Positions 57,707 to 64,000 of a stretch of DNA of 64,000 nucleotides are shown here, piece after piece. Origin of the DNA: Bacteroidales bacterium (GTDB lineage: Bacteria > Bacteroidota > Bacteroidia > Bacteroidales > UBA3824); NCBI GenBank assembly GCA_017962175.1, contig JAGCVU010000229.1, positions 1,401-65,400 on the forward strand, given 5' to 3'. The position numbers and the translations under genes are program-made. Within the stretch, counting starts at the first letter, position 1. Each line of letters opens with the position of its first letter. Below the pieces are notes generated by a model that saw nothing but the letters and a program-made list of their open reading frames with translations, did not search any database and was not told the DNA's origin.

Positions 57707-59041
57707 TTAATCTAACAGACGGCTTGCCAAATCTGCCAATTGGCTACGCTCGCCGTGGGTAAGGTTGATGTGTACAAATGGTGCTTGACCTTTCATCTTG
57801 TCGGCAAGATACGAAAGTCCGTTGGAGCGCATATCCAAGAATGGACTGTCGATTTGCTCCACGTCGCCGGTGAAAACCATCTTTGTGCCTTCGCCCGCAC
57901 GAGTGATAATGGTCTTAATTTCGTGAGGGGTAAGGTTTTGCGATTCGTCAACAATGAAAAACGAATTTGCAAGGCTACGTCCACGGATATATGCAAGCGG
58001 GGTTATCAATAGTTTTTCTTCCTTAATCATAGCGTCGAAACTTTGACTTGCCTTGCTATTTACACCAAGTGCGTGTTTTATAACATTCAGATTATCAAAC
58101 AATGGCTGCATGTAGGGCGAAATTTTTTGTTTTTCGTTGCCGGGGAGGTATCCCAAATCTTTGCCGCCGAGAGCCACCACCGGACGCGAAAGGTAAATTT
58201 GTCCATATCCCTTTGCTTGTTCCAATGCCGCTGCCAATGCCATAAGGGTTTTGCCGGTGCCTGCCTTGCCGGTAACGGTAATCAACTGAATATCAGAACG
58301 CATAAGGGCATCCATTGCAAAACTCTGTTCAGCATTTCGAGGAGTAATGCCCGATGCACGCACTTTCTTAACTTTCTCTATTACACCGAGATTCTGATTG
58401 TAGTAGCAAAGCACGTTTGATTTTTCGTCGCCCACAATAAAATACTCGTTGGCATAAAAATCGTTTTCAAGACCGCTCTTATCAATTGTAATTACACTTT
58501 CGCGGTAAAGGCGACCCACAAAATCGTCGGAAGTATTTGGCAATGTGCGCATTCCATCAAAAATACGCGACGGGTCAGCCACTTTGCCGGTTTTGTAATC
58601 TTGTGCCTCCATTTTCAAGGCACGGGCTTTCATTCTGAGGTTAATATCCTGAGAAACAAGTATTACATGTTTGTCAGGATATTGTTCTTTTTCCCAAAGA
58701 GCCACAGCAAGAATCTTATGGTCAGGGATTTGCTCAGAAAAAGCCATTTGCATAGCCTTATTAAACGGTTTTCCGTTAATAATATAAAGTGTGCCGCGAT
58801 CTTTGCCGAGAGGAATACCTTTTTCGAGGTCTTCGTTGTTTTCGGTTAGGCGGTCGAGGTCGCGCATAAACTCACGAGCCTGCAAATTGATGGTTTCGTT
58901 GCCTTTTTTAAACTTGTCGAGTTCTTCAAGCACTACAATAGGAATAACAATATCGTTTTCCTCAAAATTAAATATGCTGTGATAATCGTGCAGAATCACG
59001 TTTGTGTCAAGCACGAATGTCTTTTTGATCGATTGCTTCAT
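57707..59041 (-). CDS. PIN-PhoH (PhoH2/YlaK-like) protein
   Basis: PIN motifs FVLDTNV and SQDINLR; PhoH motifs GKAGTGKT, GYLPG, YIRGRS, DESQN and TGDVEQID. Confidence 0.93.
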   Translation of the reverse strand: MKQSIKKTFVLDTNVILHDYHSIFNFEENDIVIPIVVLEELDKFKKGNETINLQAREFMRDLDRLTENNEDLEKGIPLGKDRGTLYIINGKPFNKAMQMAFSEQIPDHKILAVALWEKEQYPDKHVILVSQDINLRMKARALKMEAQDYKTGKVADPSRIFDGMRTLPNTSDDFVGRLYRESVITIDKSGLENDFYANEYFIVGDEKSNVLCYYNQNLGVIEKVKKVRASGITPRNAEQSFAMDALMRSDIQLITVTGKAGTGKTLMALAAALEQAKGYGQIYLSRPVVALGGKDLGYLPGNEKQKISPYMQPLFDNLNVIKHALGVNSKASQSFDAMIKEEKLLITPLAYIRGRSLANSFFIVDESQNLTPHEIKTIITRAGEGTKMVFTGDVEQIDSPFLDMRSNGLSYLADKMKGQAPFVHINLTHGERSQLADLASRLLD

Positions 59042-59122
59042 AACGGTTAGTTTTAAAAATTAATAACAAATCCAAATGTACAAAAAATAAACCAATAAAG
59101 CAACACGTCAGACCAAAAAAAA

Positions 59123-59848
59123 CTACTCACCACGGTTAAGCACGTTAACATTTGCAAGAAATTCTGGTCTGTAGTTGCGCGAGAGAGGTATTTGCACATC
59201 CTTTTTGCTTGTCTTCATCACAATAAAATCGGGTTCGATAACGTCGATATGACTGATGTTGACAATAAAACTGCGGTGAGTTTTGAAAAACAATCCTGTA
59301 GGCAGTTTGGTAGAAATATCTTTGAGAGTAGACTGAATCTCGTAACTGGCATCAAAAGTGTTGATAGATATATTGTTGCGGTTAACCTCAAGCCAATAGA
59401 CATCGTTCCAATTAATTTTCACATATCTATTGTCGGTGGTACGGATAAAAAAAGTCAACGTAGTTTCGGGTTGCGACACATTCTCTACCATATTGCGCAC
59501 TTTTGACACGGCTTTCAAAAAATTTACCGGGTTTACAGGCTTGAGAATATACGCCGCCACATTGTTTTCAAGAGCATCAATGGCATATTTATCTTTGCTC
59601 GAAATCACCACAAATTTAATTTTATCTGCCATAGTGCCAAGCGACGAAATCAGGTCAATGCCGGTAAGTCCGGGCATCTCCACATCTACAAACACTAAAT
59701 CGATATTGTCGATGTTTGACATTATGTAGCCCACTGCCGAACTTGGATTTGAATAATATCCAAGCAGATTGAGAAAACCTGTATCCTCAATCAGTTTGCG
59801 CATATATACGCCCACAGCCTCGTCGTCGTCAATTACCAAACAATTCAT
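59123..59848 (-). CDS. LytTR-family response regulator
   Basis: Receiver VIDDD, FVDVEMP and YILKP; LytTR FFKTHRSFIVN and IPLSRNY. Confidence 0.92.
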   Translation of the reverse strand: MNCLVIDDDEAVGVYMRKLIEDTGFLNLLGYYSNPSSAVGYIMSNIDNIDLVFVDVEMPGLTGIDLISSLGTMADKIKFVVISSKDKYAIDALENNVAAYILKPVNPVNFLKAVSKVRNMVENVSQPETTLTFFIRTTDNRYVKINWNDVYWLEVNRNNISINTFDASYEIQSTLKDISTKLPTGLFFKTHRSFIVNISHIDVIEPDFIVMKTSKKDVQIPLSRNYRPEFLANVNVLNRGE

Positions 59849-59978
59849 AATTGCAAAAATTTATGTAGCAAAGTAACACCTTTTTGGGCTAATCTGCAAA
59901 AAAACTTACACAAAAATTATCTTCAGAAATAACATTAGGCATAGATTATGCACTAAAATAGACATAATTTTAATAGAG

Positions 59979-62171
59979 ATGACATTAACTAAAATATTGA
60001 TACACAAACATATCACTAAAACATTAAAAACATTGGCTATGCTTTGGGCAATGCTTTTGCCATTGTGTAGCTTGGCGCAAAACTCCAACGAGAAAAAAAT
60101 CGACAGTCTCGACATTGTATTGCAAAACCACTATGCATCAGGGGCTTCAGACCGTGAAATTTGCACCATTCTTACAAAACTTTACAATCTCAGCAGCATT
60201 TCACAGCCGTATCTCGCTCTTGAATATGCGGGACAAGCTTTGCAGATAGCCAACTCAAACGAGGATATGCCAGCGCAAGCCGATTGGCATCAAAAAATCG
60301 CTGACATCTACTTTGAACAAAAGGTGTATTATATGGCAATGGAAAACTATCTGATGGCATACACCCAGTTTAAACAGCTGGATATGAAACGCGAAACAGC
60401 TTATGCCCTACTCAATATCGGACGCACATATTTCATTCAGAATGTCGACGAAGTGGCATTATCGTATTACCATCAATCAGAAAACATATTCAACGAAATC
60501 AACGACCGCGAGGGACAAGCACGAGCCAAAAACAACATTGGTAGTGTCAACCTTGCTATGTATCAATACGATAAAGCAGAAATCAACTTTGCCGAGGCAC
60601 TCAATATAAGCCTTGAAACCAAAGATCCTCAACTTATTGCCGAAACTTACCGTTTTCTTGCCACGCTCTACGAACAAAACGATGACTACGAAAACGAGGC
60701 AAAAATGCTTGAAGAAGCAGTTACTCGATTTAGAATTGCCGGCAACAAGAAAGACATAGCCGATGTATATTTCTCTATGGGCGAAATGAATTACCATACC
60801 GAAAACTATGTTAAAGCATACTCCGACTATCAAAAGGCCTACAATCTTTACATGGATCTCGATCGTTTTCCCGACATTGCCTCGGTATACAACCGTCAGG
60901 GAAGAATCAATTATATGCAAGAGCGTTACTCATTGGCAAAATCAATGGCACAAACCTCGCTTTCAATGTCAGAAGCCAATGATTGGTTAATTCAAAAGGC
61001 AGAAGCATTGCTGCTATTATCCGACATCAACAACGCATTGGGCAAAACCGACAGTGCATATATACAGTTGCAACGTTACACCCGTGTGCAAGATTCGCTT
61101 TTTGAAGAACGCAAAGCCGAAAGTTTTTCAGAATTGCAGGTGAGCATTTCTACCAAAGAAAAAGAAAAAGAACTTGCCCTTGCCGAAGAAAAACTCAATC
61201 GCAACAAACTCATAATCACCATATTTGTAATCATAGGCTTAATGGGCGTTGTGTTTATGGTTTACATTATCAACAACAGCCGCAAAACAAAGAAAGTAAA
61301 CGAGAAACTCACAAGTCAGAACGAAGAAATAAATCACCAGAAAGCCGAAATCGAACGTCAGAACATCGACATCAAATCATCAATCAACTATGCAGCACGC
61401 ATTCAAAACGCAATGTTGCCCGGAACCGACTTTCTCAAAAAGCATTTCACCGATGGATTTGTATATTTTCATCCGCGTGAGGCTGTCAGCGGCGATTTCT
61501 ACTGGTTTTCAGAAGTTAAAACCGAACGTCCGCCAACACTATTTCGTCGCAAAGACTTACAAGACGAGGAAGAAGGCAAAATTATCATAGCTGTTATCGA
61601 CTGCACTGGTCACGGTGTTCCCGGAGCATTTATGAGCATGCTCGGTGATGCATTGCTAAACCAAATAGTTAATTTCCAAAAAATTACGCAGCCCGACATC
61701 ATTCTCAACGAGCTCAACAAATTGGTAATTGCCACACTTCAGCAAGATACTTCGCAAAACAACGACGGTATGGATGCCGCCATTTGCACCATCGACAAGA
61801 TAAACCATCAAATGCAGTTTGCCGGAGCAAAATCGCCTCTACTTTACATTCAAAACAACGAAGTGCACAAAGTAAATGGCGACCTGAAATCCATTGGAGG
61901 AATGCAGAAAGGAAACGATAAAAATTTCACCTGCCACACAATTGACATCAGCACACCCACCACATTCTACATCTATTCCGACGGATACCAAGATCAGTTT
62001 GGCGGCAACGACGGACGAAAATTTATGGCAAAACGGTTTAGAGAAATGCTCGCCGACAATAGCGAAAAACCTGTAGAAACTCAATGTCAGATACTTTTAG
62101 ACAGTTTTGAGGAGTGGAAACAAGACTACATCCAAATGGACGACACCACCGTAATTGGAGTAAAAATTTAG
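59979..62171 (+). CDS. Membrane sensor phosphatase (TPR-TM-PP2C/SpoIIE)
   Basis: TPR array, TM IIITIFVIIGLMGVVFMVYII, PREAVSGDFYW, IDCTGHGVPGA, YSDGYQDQFGG and DDTTVIG. Start could be ATG 60039. Confidence 0.88.
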   Translation: MTLTKILIHKHITKTLKTLAMLWAMLLPLCSLAQNSNEKKIDSLDIVLQNHYASGASDREICTILTKLYNLSSISQPYLALEYAGQALQIANSNEDMPAQADWHQKIADIYFEQKVYYMAMENYLMAYTQFKQLDMKRETAYALLNIGRTYFIQNVDEVALSYYHQSENIFNEINDREGQARAKNNIGSVNLAMYQYDKAEINFAEALNISLETKDPQLIAETYRFLATLYEQNDDYENEAKMLEEAVTRFRIAGNKKDIADVYFSMGEMNYHTENYVKAYSDYQKAYNLYMDLDRFPDIASVYNRQGRINYMQERYSLAKSMAQTSLSMSEANDWLIQKAEALLLLSDINNALGKTDSAYIQLQRYTRVQDSLFEERKAESFSELQVSISTKEKEKELALAEEKLNRNKLIITIFVIIGLMGVVFMVYIINNSRKTKKVNEKLTSQNEEINHQKAEIERQNIDIKSSINYAARIQNAMLPGTDFLKKHFTDGFVYFHPREAVSGDFYWFSEVKTERPPTLFRRKDLQDEEEGKIIIAVIDCTGHGVPGAFMSMLGDALLNQIVNFQKITQPDIILNELNKLVIATLQQDTSQNNDGMDAAICTIDKINHQMQFAGAKSPLLYIQNNEVHKVNGDLKSIGGMQKGNDKNFTCHTIDISTPTTFYIYSDGYQDQFGGNDGRKFMAKRFREMLADNSEKPVETQCQILLDSFEEWKQDYIQMDDTTVIGVKI

Positions 62172-62404
62172 GCTTCACCTTATATATATTATATTGCGTC
62201 AATAGTCGGTAGAAAAATTGATTTTTTCTATCATTATAACGCATTGTTTATAAACCAATTGAAAATAAATACGTAAAAAAGCGTAAAAATATTTGAAATT
62301 ATTTTGATATATCAGAATAATTTCTTGAAATTTGTATTATGCACGCAGGCATAAAAGATGAATTTGAAGAGACACATAAAGAATAGTGAATAAAGAAAAG
62401 CGAT

Positions 62405-64000
62405 ATGGACAAAAAGACAGATAATTTAACAGAATATCTACACAAGTTTTTCGGCTTTGACCGCTTCAAAGGCGAACAGGAAGTTGTAGTAAAGAATGTA
62501 TTGGCAGGCAACGACACCTTTGTGCTAATGCCCACAGGCGGCGGCAAGTCGCTCTGCTACCAACTACCCTCCCTTATGCTCGAAGGCACGGCGATTGTGA
62601 TTTCGCCACTCATTGCCTTGATGAAAAACCAAGTAGACGCTATGCGCAGCATCAGCACAAACGAAAGCATTGCACACTTTCTCAATAGTTCGCTCACCAA
62701 ACAACAGATTGCTCAAGTGAAAGCCGACATTGTGGAAGGAAAAACCAAACTGCTGTACGTAGCTCCCGAAAGCCTCACCAAAGAGGAAAACATCGAATTT
62801 TTAAAACAAGTAAAAATTTCGTTTTACGCCATCGACGAGGCTCACTGTATTTCTGAATGGGGACACGATTTCCGTCCCGAATACCGCCGTATACGTCCAA
62901 TTATCGAAGAGATCGGACGCAGTCCAATTATCGCTCTTACAGCCACTGCCACTCCCAAAGTGCAGCACGACATTCAGAAAAACCTCGGCATTTTAGACGC
63001 AAACGTTTATAAATCATCATTTTTCCGTGCCAACCTTTACTACGAGGTTCGCCCGAAAATCGACATCGACCGTCAGATTATCAAGTTTATCAAAAACAAT
63101 AAAGGCAAAAGCGGTATTATCTACTGTCTGAGCCGCAAAAAAGTTGAGGAACTGGCTCAAACATTGTGTGTCAACGACATCAAAGCCCTACCCTATCACG
63201 CCGGCATGGACTCTGCCACACGTAGTGCCAACCAAGACAAATTCCTTATGGAAGAGGCTGATGTAATTGTGGCAACAATCGCTTTTGGTATGGGTATCGA
63301 CAAACCCGACGTTCGCTTTGTAATCCATTACGATATGCCCAAGAGTCTCGAAGGCTACTATCAAGAAACCGGTCGTGCAGGTCGCGACGGTGGCGAAGGT
63401 CAGTGTATTGCTTTCTACTCGTTTAAAGATATTCAAAAATTAGAGAAGTTTATGCAAGGCAAACCGTTAAGCGAACAAGAGATTGGTCGTCAGCTACTTG
63501 CCGAAACAGTTGCCTACGCCGAAACATCAATGTGCCGTAGCAAAATGCTTCTCAACTACTTTGGTGAAATTCTTCCCGAACCTTGCGGCAACTGCGACAA
63601 CTGTCGTCACCCGCAAAAAACTTTCGAAGGCAAAGAGGCTATACTCACCGCCCTCAAAGTGATACTCACCATCAAAGAAAAATTCAAAACCGAACACGTG
63701 GCTAAGGTACTTGCAGGCGTTGCCGATTCGCAAGTTAAAACATACAAACACCACAAACTACCTTGCTTTGGCTGCGGCGAAGACGATGGTGACGAGAATT
63801 TCTGGAATGCAGTTCTCCGTCAATCGCTTGTGTACGGTTTCTTGCAAAAAGACATTGAAAACTACGGACTTTTGAAACTCACCGAAAAAGGTCACGAATT
63901 CCTTAAGAGTCCGTTCGACATAAAACTTGTTAAAAACCACGACTACGAAAACGAAGAAGACGATAGCGACGACACCACACCACGCGGTATGAACGGCGGA
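62405..64000 (+). CDS. recQ: DNA helicase RecQ; 3' end lies outside the window
   Basis: Manual translation from ATG 62405 gives FFGFDRFKGEQ, MPTGGGKSLCYQLP, DEAHCISEWGHDFRPEY, ATIAFGMGIDKPDVR, YQETGRAGRDG and CGNCDNC. Confidence 0.96.
   Translation, partial: MDKKTDNLTEYLHKFFGFDRFKGEQEVVVKNVLAGNDTFVLMPTGGGKSLCYQLPSLMLEGTAIVISPLIALMKNQVDAMRSISTNESIAHFLNSSLTKQQIAQVKADIVEGKTKLLYVAPESLTKEENIEFLKQVKISFYAIDEAHCISEWGHDFRPEYRRIRPIIEEIGRSPIIALTATATPKVQHDIQKNLGILDANVYKSSFFRANLYYEVRPKIDIDRQIIKFIKNNKGKSGIIYCLSRKKVEELAQTLCVNDIKALPYHAGMDSATRSANQDKFLMEEADVIVATIAFGMGIDKPDVRFVIHYDMPKSLEGYYQETGRAGRDGGEGQCIAFYSFKDIQKLEKFMQGKPLSEQEIGRQLLAETVAYAETSMCRSKMLLNYFGEILPEPCGNCDNCRHPQKTFEGKEAILTALKVILTIKEKFKTEHVAKVLAGVADSQVKTYKHHKLPCFGCGEDDGDENFWNAVLRQSLVYGFLQKDIENYGLLKLTEKGHEFLKSPFDIKLVKNHDYENEEDDSDDTTPRGMNGG

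Noticed and set aside
62339-62386. 15-aa uORF (MHAGIKDEFEETHKE) upstream of recQ
   Set aside because: An ORF this short is expected by chance, and nothing else supports it.
62299-63940. Several short minus-strand ORFs
   Set aside because: They are antisense shadows of recQ.

Overview
This is a gene-dense chromosomal segment from a Bacteroidota bacterium, probably Bacteroidales-like. The assignment rests on repeated TAnnTTTG (-7) promoter elements, A-rich leaders without Shine-Dalgarno sequences, T9SS-associated genes and a Rho with a long insertion. It holds about 47 CDSs, mostly housekeeping: rarA (partial), tatC/tatA, recJ, rho, kdsB, pyrB/pyrI, apt, nth, pssA-like, metY, rlmN, PIN-PhoH and recQ (partial). 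I saw no rRNA, tRNA, CRISPR array, transposase or integrase. The window is unusually rich in Ser/Thr phospho-signalling. It has four membrane-anchored sensor PP2C/SpoIIE phosphatases (three TPR-type, one CHASE4-like). It also has a compact co-oriented cluster at 11.9-16.9 kb: coiled-coil lipoprotein, transmembrane Hanks kinase with an SH3b domain and GSGFV repeats, PP2C phosphatase, and a degenerate Hsp70/actin-fold protein. This cluster is divergent from an ECF sigma factor with no adjacent anti-sigma, and is my best candidate for an undescribed system. Other leads are a candidate promoter- and terminator-bounded sRNA after rlmN with an anti-start-codon tract, a 12-bp repeat array at the end of an AlbA/Schlafen gene in a small accessory islet, a TCYD-repeat membrane protein between duplicated phosphatases, a class IV aminotransferase apparently missing its PLP lysine, an ankyrin/beta-barrel fusion and an orphan chemoreceptor. 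All family calls come from reading motifs by eye; no database searches were run.
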